Shown here: positions 15,640 to 22,331 of the stretch, one piece after another
How the letters are laid out: each line of letters starts with the position of its first letter
How positions within the stretch are numbered: position 1 is the first letter of the stretch
Source: a virus
DNA: 22,534 bases
Strand: one strand, 5' to 3'
Virus record (IMG/VR): IMGVR_UViG_3300045988_014530
Coordinates: 1 to 22,534 of that record
Program-made: the position numbers and the translations under genes
Notes under the pieces: model-generated
Databases searched by the model: none
The model's input: the letters and a program-made list of their open reading frames with translations, nothing else
What the model was told of the DNA's origin: nothing

Positions 15640-16539
15640 ATGCAGGACTTGTTTAAACGTGTTATAACCGCTAAGGAGTTACAAGAAAAAGAAGATTTCA
15701 AAGGTGGTAATGAATGGCTGATAGAACACTTAATTCCACGAGGTCAGGCAGGTTTAACTATTGCACCACAGAAGTCTTTTAAAAGTTCTACCACGTTGCA
15801 AATGGCTTTAAGCGTAGCTAAAGGTGTCCCCTTTGGCTATTTTAAAACTAAACAAGCGAACGTGCTTATAATTGATAATGAAGATACTGACTTCGTACTA
15901 CATCAACGGTTAAAGGCTTATAATGATGTTCCTGATAACTTACATTTCATTACTGGGGGAGTTTTTAAGCTAGACAACACAAACCACATGAACGGCTTGT
16001 ACAAGTTTATCAAAGAAAATAACATCAAGTTCGTTATCTTGGACAACTTAAAAGACATGCTGACAGATAGAAACATTCTTAATGATATGTCAAGTATGAA
16101 TGACGTTCTGAATAACATAACACGATTGAAGTTGCTCTTGAATGATGTAACATTCCTTTTGATTGCTCACGCTAGAAAAGACACGAATAACCAATCTCTT
16201 GAGGAAAAGAACTTTAGAGTTCGGAGTACACATGCCTTGGGTAGTTCGGCAATTGGTGCATGGTTTGAATTCTGTTTATGTTTAAGCCCTAAAATGGGGA
16301 AGAATAGCAAGTATTCAATTTTAACTGTTGAAGCTCGTAACTATGCTTATGACAAAGAGGTATGTCTAGGCTACGTAGGGGAACAATTTCAAATTATAGA
16401 TCCCACAGGAAACAAACCGAAAGAGATACTAGAGGAGGAACAGAAAGAGGGGGAAGAATACGAGGAAACAAAAAAGGACACCGAAAGTCTTTTAACAGCA
16501 TTGAAACAAAATGGAAAAATAAAAGAAATAAACGATTAA
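15640..16539 (+). CDS. RepA/AAA_25-like (RecA-fold) replication ATPase homologue with a degenerate Walker A
   Basis: The pattern WLIEHLIPRGQAGLTIAPQKSFKSSTTLQMALSVAKG...VLIIDNEDT...FVILDNLKDM...LLIAHARKD follows the AAA_25 layout. The P-loop reads APQKSFKS rather than GxxGxGKS. The start is set at ATG 15640 (SD AAAGGGG); the track used a TTG at 15631. Confidence 0.6.
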   Translation: MQDLFKRVITAKELQEKEDFKGGNEWLIEHLIPRGQAGLTIAPQKSFKSSTTLQMALSVAKGVPFGYFKTKQANVLIIDNEDTDFVLHQRLKAYNDVPDNLHFITGGVFKLDNTNHMNGLYKFIKENNIKFVILDNLKDMLTDRNILNDMSSMNDVLNNITRLKLLLNDVTFLLIAHARKDTNNQSLEEKNFRVRSTHALGSSAIGAWFEFCLCLSPKMGKNSKYSILTVEARNYAYDKEVCLGYVGEQFQIIDPTGNKPKEILEEEQKEGEEYEETKKDTESLLTALKQNGKIKEIND

Positions 16540-16550
16540 CCGTTTTGTCT

Positions 16551-16579
16551 TTGACATTGCGGTTTTTCTTCTGTATAAT
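16551..16579 (+). promoter_or_regulatory. Internal early promoter with consensus TTGACA - 17 nt - TATAAT
   Basis: The hexamers are at 16551-16556 and 16574-16579. The -10 plus leader (16574-16601) is identical over 28 nt to 17372-17399. Confidence 0.7.
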
Positions 16580-16608
16580 TAAGTCATCAAGTTAAGAGAG
16601 GTTACCAA

Positions 16609-16989
16609 ATGAAAATTGCACTTGAAACACTTAATAAAATAGTTGTAAGACTTCAACAAAAAGAACCAGTAACAGATATTGAAAATGATATGCTTCTAGG
16701 GCTTTTAAACAACGTTTATATTTATTATAAACAAATGGAAGATATTTCTATGCTAGATGTCTTAATCGTTCTCTATGAGCGTTTAACAGGCGTTAAGGCG
16801 GACAAAAAAGAAGAGATAACACGCTTCATTGAAAACTTTAGTGCAAAAAGGCTTGTTAAGTTATTAGATAACCTAGAACAAAAAGGGAAACGCCAAAAAG
16901 AAAGCAAAGTAGACGACATTTTTATCAATGAAACAAGAATGTACTATAAAGTAGTAGCGAACAAAATCAAAGAGAGAGGTATCAAATAA
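16609..16989 (+). CDS. Early protein of unknown function (126 aa)
   Basis: ORF with SD AAGAGAGG, directly downstream of a consensus promoter. Confidence 0.65.
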   Translation: MKIALETLNKIVVRLQQKEPVTDIENDMLLGLLNNVYIYYKQMEDISMLDVLIVLYERLTGVKADKKEEITRFIENFSAKRLVKLLDNLEQKGKRQKESKVDDIFINETRMYYKVVANKIKERGIK

Positions 16990-17342
16990 TGGCAATTGAA
17001 AAAGTAGTATATTATTATGATGACGGAACTAAGAGAGAATATCCCCCACGATTGACAGACCTAGAACAGTTAGAAGAGTTTAGAAAGTCAAAAGCTGATG
17101 TAACAGAAGTGTACGACTTCATGCAAGAACATCTAAGCAAGTTTGAAGCTAAGTTGTCTTTATGCTTTAAATATATGGTTGACAATCTGGGCATGGAAGA
17201 ACAACAGGCAAATAACACATTAGAATTTTGGTGCAATGAATGGGGAGTTCAAAACGTTCATTTCATCGCAGATGGTGGCGAGTGTAAAAAATTGTTCTGT
17301 TCAGAAGATTATTACAAAAAAATATACAGAAAAGAAATATAA
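16989..17342 (+). CDS. Early protein of unknown function (117 aa)
   Basis: Start is coupled to the upstream stop (TAATG). Confidence 0.65.
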   Translation: MAIEKVVYYYDDGTKREYPPRLTDLEQLEEFRKSKADVTEVYDFMQEHLSKFEAKLSLCFKYMVDNLGMEEQQANNTLEFWCNEWGVQNVHFIADGGECKKLFCSEDYYKKIYRKEI

Positions 17343-17348
17343 CTGTAA

Positions 17349-17377
17349 TTGACATAGCTAAGTGAATTCGATATAAT
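17349..17377 (+). promoter_or_regulatory. Internal early promoter with consensus TTGACA - 17 nt - TATAAT
   Basis: The hexamers are at 17349-17354 and 17372-17377. It shares the 28-nt -10/leader with the promoter at 16551. Confidence 0.7.
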
Positions 17378-17407
17378 TAAGTCATCAAGTTAAGAGAGGA
17401 AACAAAA

Positions 17408-17581
17408 ATGATTAAAGTGATTTATATTTTTAAAGACGGTTCTGAGAGTTGGTCTTATGAAGTTAGAAAACTACGAACCGCAGTAGAAGCTATTAGAGAA
17501 GATATGGAAGAAGTCGGACAATTGGCAAAAGCGGTTGTGTTTGATGAAAATGGAAAGGAAATTTTGGAGGTTAAAAGATAA
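17408..17581 (+). CDS. Early protein of unknown function (57 aa, absent from the ORF track)
   Basis: Translation is MIKVIYIFKDGSESWSYEVRKLRTAVEAIREDMEEVGQLAKAVVFDENGKEILEVKR. SD AGAGAGGA precedes it. Its stop overlaps the next ATG as TAATG. Confidence 0.55.
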   Translation: MIKVIYIFKDGSESWSYEVRKLRTAVEAIREDMEEVGQLAKAVVFDENGKEILEVKR

Positions 17582-17931
17582 TGGCAAAAGAATATTACGC
17601 AAATAAATATGGCATTCAATTAGAAGAGTTTCTAATCTGGGGTTCTGAATGGGACTTAAAATTTTGGCAATATAACTTCACAACTGGGCAAGGTTTTGCT
17701 TTAACAAACGCTTTAAAGTATTCTGTAAGGGCAGGAAAGAAGCCAAATGAATCATACGAAAAAGACATGGGCAAATACAACGACTACATCAATATGGCTG
17801 TTCTAATGGGCTTTGAACGTTCTGAAGCGGAAGATTGGGTAGCACTTCAAAAATCAATCTTTGAGGAGTTCAAAGGAAGAAAAGCGGAACTAGAAGAAAT
17901 TAGAAGAAGAGAGGAAGCAAAAAATGTATAA
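17581..17931 (+). CDS. DUF3310-like phage protein
   Basis: The core GFALTNALKYSVRAGKKPNESYEKDMGKYNDYINMAV resembles the DUF3310 signature (GNAIKYxxRAGxK...DLxKAxxY). The match is by eye only. Confidence 0.5.
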   Translation: MAKEYYANKYGIQLEEFLIWGSEWDLKFWQYNFTTGQGFALTNALKYSVRAGKKPNESYEKDMGKYNDYINMAVLMGFERSEAEDWVALQKSIFEEFKGRKAELEEIRRREEAKNV

Positions 17932-18097
17932 GTATTGTGCTTTAAACCGTCATAAATTCTTATGGTTTAAAACTTTTAAGGATATGGCGAAACACTTCGG
18001 TGTTACAGAAAGTTATTTAAAATTATGGCTGAATAAAGACAAGCCATTAAACGGTTGGTTTATTAAAAAGGTAAATTATGGTTCTGAATTGGAATAA
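17924..18097 (+). CDS. Small putative helix-turn-helix DNA-binding protein (57 aa, absent from the ORF track)
   Basis: Translation is MYKYCALNRHKFLWFKTFKDMAKHFGVTESYLKLWLNKDKPLNGWFIKKVNYGSELE. The segment DMAKHFGVTESYLKLWL has an HTH-like pattern. It overlaps the upstream gene by 8 nt. Confidence 0.45.
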   Translation: MYKYCALNRHKFLWFKTFKDMAKHFGVTESYLKLWLNKDKPLNGWFIKKVNYGSELE

Positions 18098-18323
18098 TTT
18101 CAATAAATGGCGTGAAACTAGCCTAGAATATCACAAAATGCTAGGGGAACACAATTACACTAATGCACTCACATTCTTTGAGTACGCTAGACAGTATTTC
18201 AATGCAAAAGGTTTTCCACCTGCTGAAAAGAAAACAAAGACAGGCAGGAAAGGAAAATACACGCAAAAAGATAGCAAAGAACAATTAAAACAAATACATG
18301 AATACATTGGAGGTATAAAATAA
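18078..18323 (+). CDS. Early protein of unknown function (81 aa, Lys-rich C-terminal half)
   Basis: Track ORF. The start is uncertain: 18078 overlaps the upstream ORF by 20 nt, and 18138 is an alternative ATG. Confidence 0.5.
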   Translation: MVLNWNNFNKWRETSLEYHKMLGEHNYTNALTFFEYARQYFNAKGFPPAEKKTKTGRKGKYTQKDSKEQLKQIHEYIGGIK

Positions 18324-18526
18324 TGGCTTTGACAATTAAACAACTAATCGAAAAACTTGAAAAAGTAGAAAACAAATTTGGCGACGTATATATCGAATTT
18401 CCTGGCGAATTTTTAACAGTTGATACTGTACTATTAGACAACGAGGGCGACATCACTTTAATTAGTGAAGTAGGTTCACATCATTGTGATTGTCAAAAAT
18501 GTAAAACAAGTGAAACAGAACTTTAA
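18323..18526 (+). CDS. Early protein of unknown function (67 aa) with a C-terminal HHCDCQKC cluster
   Basis: Start is coupled to the upstream stop (TAATG). The His/Cys cluster could bind metal. Confidence 0.55.
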   Translation: MALTIKQLIEKLEKVENKFGDVYIEFPGEFLTVDTVLLDNEGDITLISEVGSHHCDCQKCKTSETEL

Positions 18527-18537
18527 TAGCTTAGTAA

Positions 18538-18566
18538 TTGACAAAAGAAAGCAAACACGGTATAAT
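18538..18566 (+). promoter_or_regulatory. Internal early promoter with consensus TTGACA - 17 nt - TATAAT
   Basis: The hexamers are at 18538-18543 and 18561-18566. The leader TAGTTATACAGTTAAGGAGG is related to the other two leaders. Confidence 0.7.
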
Positions 18567-18595
18567 TAGTTATACAGTTAAGGAGGAATAAAAAA

Positions 18596-18748
18596 ATGTT
18601 GACTTTACTTTTAACAATTCTATTTATTTGGCTTGTATTTAAAGCAGTTGAAAATGTAGCTGAAGAACTTGGTAGATACATCAGAGGGTTCTTTAAATGG
18701 TTGTGGAAAATGTATAAAAAACATGTAAATAAAGGAGTGAGCCTATAA
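18596..18748 (+). CDS. Small membrane protein (50 aa, absent from the ORF track)
   Basis: Translation is MLTLLLTILFIWLVFKAVENVAEELGRYIRGFFKWLWKMYKKHVNKGVSL. SD AGGAGG lies 9 nt upstream. It has an N-terminal TM helix, and its stop overlaps the next ATG. Confidence 0.55.
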   Translation: MLTLLLTILFIWLVFKAVENVAEELGRYIRGFFKWLWKMYKKHVNKGVSL

Positions 18749-19065
18749 TGGAAGTATGGAGGGTAGTTATATCAAATGATAATTACCTAGTATCAAACTT
18801 AGGTAGAATAAAACACAAGAAAAAGAAAAAAGCATTAGTTCCTATATATGATAAAGACGGTTATCAAACAGTCAAATTATACAGAAACGGAAAATACAAA
18901 ACTGTTAAAGTGCATAGAATTGTAGCTTTTGAATTTTGTAAAGGTTATGACGAAACGAAAGAAGTAGACCACATTAACAGAATAAGAAATGATAACAGAG
19001 CGGTTAATTTACAATGGTTGACACATGCACAAAATAACGCAAGAAAGGCAGAATATGCAAAGTAA
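18748..19065 (+). CDS. Free-standing HNH homing endonuclease (NUMOD4-like N-terminus plus HNH_3 core), short form
   Basis: The motifs are WRVVISNDNYLVSNLGRI and HRIVAFEF...EVDHINRIRNDNRAVNLQWLTHAQN. It is only 105 aa, with no obvious C-terminal DNA-binding module. It overlaps the ERF gene start by 11 nt. Confidence 0.8.
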   Translation: MEVWRVVISNDNYLVSNLGRIKHKKKKKALVPIYDKDGYQTVKLYRNGKYKTVKVHRIVAFEFCKGYDETKEVDHINRIRNDNRAVNLQWLTHAQNNARKAEYAK

Positions 19066-19594
19066 AGTTTTACAGATGATAAATGAAATTAAAGTACCAA
19101 AAAGTCAATACAATAACTTTGGAAAGTATAATTTCAGAAATAACGAGGATATTCAAACGGCTTTGAAGCCTATGCTTATGAAGTATGGACTAGTTGAAAG
19201 AGCTAGCACAGGAATGATTTCGATGAACAACGAACTAGCTCTACATGTTCATATTGAGATTTTTGACCCTGAAAACACTAATGACATCACAAGCGGCGAC
19301 GGTTTTGCAGTTATTGATGTAAATAAAAAAGGTCAGGACAAAGCACAAGCGACTGGGGCTAGTCAATCATACGCAAGCAAATACGCTTATGGTCAAGCGT
19401 TGAAATTAGATGATACAAAAGACGCTGATAGTACAAACAAAGGACAAAACAATGTACAACGTCCTAAAGCAGTACCTAAAGCAAGTTATCAATACAATTT
19501 GAGCGACTTGAAAAAAATGGTAGCAAATAAAGAGATGTCAAGCGACCGTGCAAACGAACTTTGCAAACAAGGGAAAGTAAATATGAATGCTTAA
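19055..19594 (+). CDS. ERF-family single-strand annealing protein
   Basis: The motifs KSQYNNFGKYNFRNNEDIQTALKPMLMKYGL and GASQSYASKYAYGQALKL fit the ERF-type SSAP pattern. The start is set at ATG 19055 (SD GAAAGG) rather than the track's 19025. Confidence 0.6.
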   Translation: MQSKVLQMINEIKVPKSQYNNFGKYNFRNNEDIQTALKPMLMKYGLVERASTGMISMNNELALHVHIEIFDPENTNDITSGDGFAVIDVNKKGQDKAQATGASQSYASKYAYGQALKLDDTKDADSTNKGQNNVQRPKAVPKASYQYNLSDLKKMVANKEMSSDRANELCKQGKVNMNA

Positions 19595-19632
19595 TTCTTG
19601 ACAAAACAAATCAAATAAAGAGAGGGAAGAAA

Positions 19633-19812
19633 ATGGAACTAATCGTATTTACAAACAATGGACAAACTTATCACTTTTTTGAAGTAACTGATTTTAAACC
19701 AACAACCACCGGCTTTAGCTTTACTTATACAGGAAAAGCAACCGGCGTTACTCGTAAAGCGGTATTTAATAATACGAGTACAGCAGGGTACGCTCTAGCA
19801 GAAACAAAATAA
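19633..19812 (+). CDS. Early protein of unknown function (59 aa)
   Basis: The ATG at 19633 is preceded by AGAGGGAAG. The track's 19561 start lies inside the ERF gene and has no SD. Confidence 0.55.
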   Translation: MELIVFTNNGQTYHFFEVTDFKPTTTGFSFTYTGKATGVTRKAVFNNTSTAGYALAETK

Positions 19813-19862
19813 AATAAATACGTTGTAATTAAATTACCAAATAAAGAGAGGGAAACAAAAAA

Positions 19863-20207
19863 ATGAAAATTATCGAAACTTTGAAAGTAAACGAAATTAA
19901 CACAAAACAAGTTGAAACCGCAAAAGGAACTAAAAAAGTTCTGTCATTTAAAGCATATCCATTTGAGCATTATATCGGAGGTATTTGGTTACCTGATAGC
20001 GTTAATTATGGCGACATCGTAACTGTATATATTGACAAAATTAAAGCCGAAACAAAAGGGGATAAAACTTACTACAACGCTTCATTTGCTAAAGTTACAC
20101 CAGAATTTAACTTAAACCGTGACAACAACGAACCACAAAACAATACGGTTGACTTGTTTGGCGGTGCTTCTCCTGCCGATATTCCTGATGAACAATTACC
20201 ATTTTAA
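19863..20207 (+). CDS. ssb: Short single-stranded DNA-binding protein
   Basis: 114 aa with a beta-rich, OB-like N-terminal region, a disordered Asn/Pro-rich linker and the canonical acidic SSB tip DIPDEQLPF at the C-terminus. Confidence 0.65.
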   Translation: MKIIETLKVNEINTKQVETAKGTKKVLSFKAYPFEHYIGGIWLPDSVNYGDIVTVYIDKIKAETKGDKTYYNASFAKVTPEFNLNRDNNEPQNNTVDLFGGASPADIPDEQLPF

Positions 20208-20219
20208 AGGAGTTCAGAA

Positions 20220-20384
20220 ATGGGGTATGACTATGAAACGATACTTGATGAAGTAGACAAATTAAGTCTACAAGGACTAATTGAGGAAGCAAAGGATCTT
20301 GTGAGAAAACTTGTTCCCCCTCTGTTCGCTATTGACTTTACTAACTTAATGGAACTAATTGAAAGGAATACATACAAACTATGA
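20220..20384 (+). CDS. Early protein of unknown function (54 aa, absent from the ORF track)
   Basis: Translation is MGYDYETILDEVDKLSLQGLIEEAKDLVRKLVPPLFAIDFTNLMELIERNTYKL. SD AAAGGAG lies 7 nt upstream. Its stop overlaps the next ATG as ATGA. Confidence 0.55.
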   Translation: MGYDYETILDEVDKLSLQGLIEEAKDLVRKLVPPLFAIDFTNLMELIERNTYKL

Positions 20385-20881
20385 AAATCGCTAAAGGGAC
20401 ACTAATTGCACTTAAAGACATGCCTATTATCACTTTGGATACTATCCATGATTTGTTGGAAGTAAAACAACACATCAATAATTATCAACGCAACACAAAC
20501 AAAAAATACGGTCTAAACATCGAAAAAGATGAAGTAATTAACCGTGAAGTAGCTGACATGATTATTATTAACACGCTAGGAAAGTTAAATATGTTACCTG
20601 AACAATCTTATTACTTGCGTTTGGTTCGTAATGAGAACATCAATAGTCCTAAAGTTCGTAAGGCTGAAAAGTTTGCTGAAAAATCAAATCTAGCTGACAA
20701 AATTGTTGAAATGCTTGATTTTATTAATTATAATGCTTATATAAACATCAATGAAACAGCGTTGTACAATTTCATTAAAAGACAAAACGTTCAAAATCTT
20801 GAATATTTCAGTAAACAAGGACGTGAAGAGTGGCTCTTCAATCGTGTTAAATGGTTGTTAGATACTTACAAAGGGGAATAA
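20381..20881 (+). CDS. Early protein of unknown function (166 aa)
   Basis: Track ORF, translationally coupled on both sides. I recognised no motif. Confidence 0.65.
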   Translation: MKIAKGTLIALKDMPIITLDTIHDLLEVKQHINNYQRNTNKKYGLNIEKDEVINREVADMIIINTLGKLNMLPEQSYYLRLVRNENINSPKVRKAEKFAEKSNLADKIVEMLDFINYNAYININETALYNFIKRQNVQNLEYFSKQGREEWLFNRVKWLLDTYKGE

Positions 20882-21205
20882 ATGATTAACTTACAAAATA
20901 AAAAGCTAGACATCAAAGAGCTTCTAGAAGAGTTAGGCTTTACTGTTAGTTTAGACTATGAAAGAGAACCAATGGGAGTGATGTTTGCAGAAATACACCC
21001 TATTGTTAGTCAAGTAAGCAATAATTCAGCCATTTATCAGTCGTTTAGAACGCTTGAAGTAGAACTTATGGTAATTTGTACCGCAGAAACAGAAAACAGC
21101 TTATACAAGGCTGTACGGCTCTTGAGCGATGAACATTATATATATGCCAATACAATCACAGACAACACTAATATTATAAAATTAAGAGGTAACTACTATG
21201 ATTAA
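20882..21205 (+). CDS. Early protein of unknown function (107 aa)
   Basis: Track ORF. Its start directly abuts the upstream stop. Confidence 0.65.
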   Translation: MINLQNKKLDIKELLEELGFTVSLDYEREPMGVMFAEIHPIVSQVSNNSAIYQSFRTLEVELMVICTAETENSLYKAVRLLSDEHYIYANTITDNTNIIKLRGNYYD

Positions 21206-21500
21206 CGACAATACATTGAACTTTATCCGATTTTCTAGCGGTTTTAATAACTTGAAAAAAGAAGAACTTGAAGCGTTTGCTGAAAATGAAATCTTTGAAC
21301 TTAACGAGTATAATGCAAGTGAGGGAGTACAAGGAAAATACTTTTATACCTTGGAGAACGTCAACACAAACGGAACGCTTAAAAGTTACATCATTGAATG
21401 TCTAAAACTTTCGTTACAAACACGTTGGGGGAACAATTTAGAGTACCACATAGACCGAAAAACAAAATACTTGAACAAATTAACAGGAATGCAAGCGTAA
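21198..21500 (+). CDS. Early protein of unknown function (100 aa)
   Basis: Track ORF that overlaps the upstream gene by 8 nt. Confidence 0.6.
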   Translation: MINDNTLNFIRFSSGFNNLKKEELEAFAENEIFELNEYNASEGVQGKYFYTLENVNTNGTLKSYIIECLKLSLQTRWGNNLEYHIDRKTKYLNKLTGMQA

Positions 21501-21520
21501 AAGAAAGAGGAAACAAAAAA

Positions 21521-21895
21521 ATGAAACTAAAAAAACAAATCGAATTGCTTAACAACATGCTAAAAATTCACGATGAAAAAGTAGATGAACACTTTCCAAC
21601 AGATGAAAAACAAGTGCCGTCTTATGCTAAAGCTCAATACATGGACTTGTTCGGTATACTTCAAGATGTTGCCGAAGCCTTTGAAACTGTGTCGCCTTTC
21701 TCTAAAGCGTCTAAAAAAGCTCTTGAAATTCTTGTTACCAACTTAAATGAGCATTCTGAAATGGTTAATGAAATCATGGACGAGACAAACTATAAAACTT
21801 GGACAAAACTACAAGATGGACATTACACAGGAGTGTTTTACTACGATTTACATAAAACAGTTGAGGAAACAATAGAAGAAATGGAGGAGGTGTAA
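21521..21895 (+). CDS. Early acidic protein of unknown function (124 aa)
   Basis: The ATG at 21521 is preceded by AAGAAAGAGGAAAC. The track's 21398 start lies inside the previous gene. Confidence 0.6.
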   Translation: MKLKKQIELLNNMLKIHDEKVDEHFPTDEKQVPSYAKAQYMDLFGILQDVAEAFETVSPFSKASKKALEILVTNLNEHSEMVNEIMDETNYKTWTKLQDGHYTGVFYYDLHKTVEETIEEMEEV

Positions 21896-21897
21896 AA

Positions 21898-22095
21898 ATG
21901 GAACTACAAGAACGAGAAAAAGAAATGTTAATGTTTTACGCTTTCAGAATCGGCTATTATTCTAAACCTGAACGAATTGAAGCACGTGAAGAAATTAATG
22001 AAGATTTGAACGATTTGCTAAGTGAAGATAAAATAAGCATAGAAGAATATAACATTATGTACAAAGAACTTGATAAACTTGACAAATTACAATAA
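21898..22095 (+). CDS. Early acidic protein of unknown function (65 aa)
   Basis: Track ORF with SD GGAGGAGGTG. Confidence 0.6.
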   Translation: MELQEREKEMLMFYAFRIGYYSKPERIEAREEINEDLNDLLSEDKISIEEYNIMYKELDKLDKLQ

Positions 22096-22107
22096 GGAGG
22101 TATAAAA

Positions 22108-22278
22108 ATAATATACGTTGTTTATATTGTGTCATTCATCTTGTACAGTTGGTGCTTGATTAAAGTAGGTAAAAAGAACGCTGAAAATAAAGATACGATA
22201 AAATTAGTTATAACTGGGAAACCTGAACAAGTTAAGGAAGCTATTAAAGCAATTAACGAACAAGAAATAATAAAATAG
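22108..22278 (+). CDS. Small membrane-anchored protein (about 56 codons) lacking a canonical start; candidate ATA initiation or a start-codon mutant
   Basis: A perfect SD AAGGAGG (22094-22100) lies 7 nt before ATA ATA TAC. The frame is open from 22096 to the TAG at 22276-22278. It encodes (I)IYVVYIVSFILYSWCLIKVGKK..., a TM helix followed by a charged tail. The only in-frame canonical alternative, GTG at 22129, has no SD. Confidence 0.4.
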   Translation: MIYVVYIVSFILYSWCLIKVGKKNAENKDTIKLVITGKPEQVKEAIKAINEQEIIK

Positions 22279-22308
22279 AAAGTGAGGTCATTACTCTTCA
22301 ATTACGTG

Positions 22309-22331
22309 CCACTCAAAAGAGTGGTTTTTTT
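22309..22331 (+). terminator. Intrinsic terminator at the end of the early operon
   Basis: CCACTC (22309-22314) pairs with GAGTGG (22319-22324) around an AAAA loop. A T7 run follows (22325-22331). Confidence 0.6.

Noticed and set aside
19598-19603. A TTGACA hexamer in the ERF-downstream gap, as a possible fourth internal promoter
   Set aside because: No acceptable -10 hexamer lies 16-18 nt downstream; the sequence there is AGAGGG, the SD of the next gene.
714-20292. About 34 short ORFs of 60-94 aa in the supplied track that lie antisense to, or nested inside, larger genes. Examples are 714-977, 1022-1204, 1383-1577, 2309-2594, 3661-4185, 4555-4782, 6847-7053, 7435-8417, 9203-9445, 9614-10370, 11228-12124, 12701-12883, 13739-14406, 15315-15512, 15918-16118, 16362-16595, 17015-17236, 18155-18456, 19725-19910 and 20107-20292
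   Set aside because: Each lies inside a longer ORF with clear homology or operon logic. None has a visible SD. Their low-complexity F/L/S/C/K-rich compositions are typical of shadow frames in AT-rich DNA.
15423-21520. Longer N-terminal extensions given by the ORF track (starts at 15423, 15631, 19025, 19561 and 21398)
   Set aside because: The extended starts lie inside the preceding gene and lack an SD. Internal ATGs at 15438, 15640, 19055, 19633 and 21521 each have a well-spaced SD and match the coupling pattern of the operon.
22293-22324. Alternative pairing of ACTCTT (22293-22298) with AAGAGT (22317-22322), which would compete with the terminator stem as a possible antiterminator
   Set aside because: It is only 6 bp and AT-rich, and there is no associated leader ORF or ligand-binding architecture. 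It is likely coincidental.
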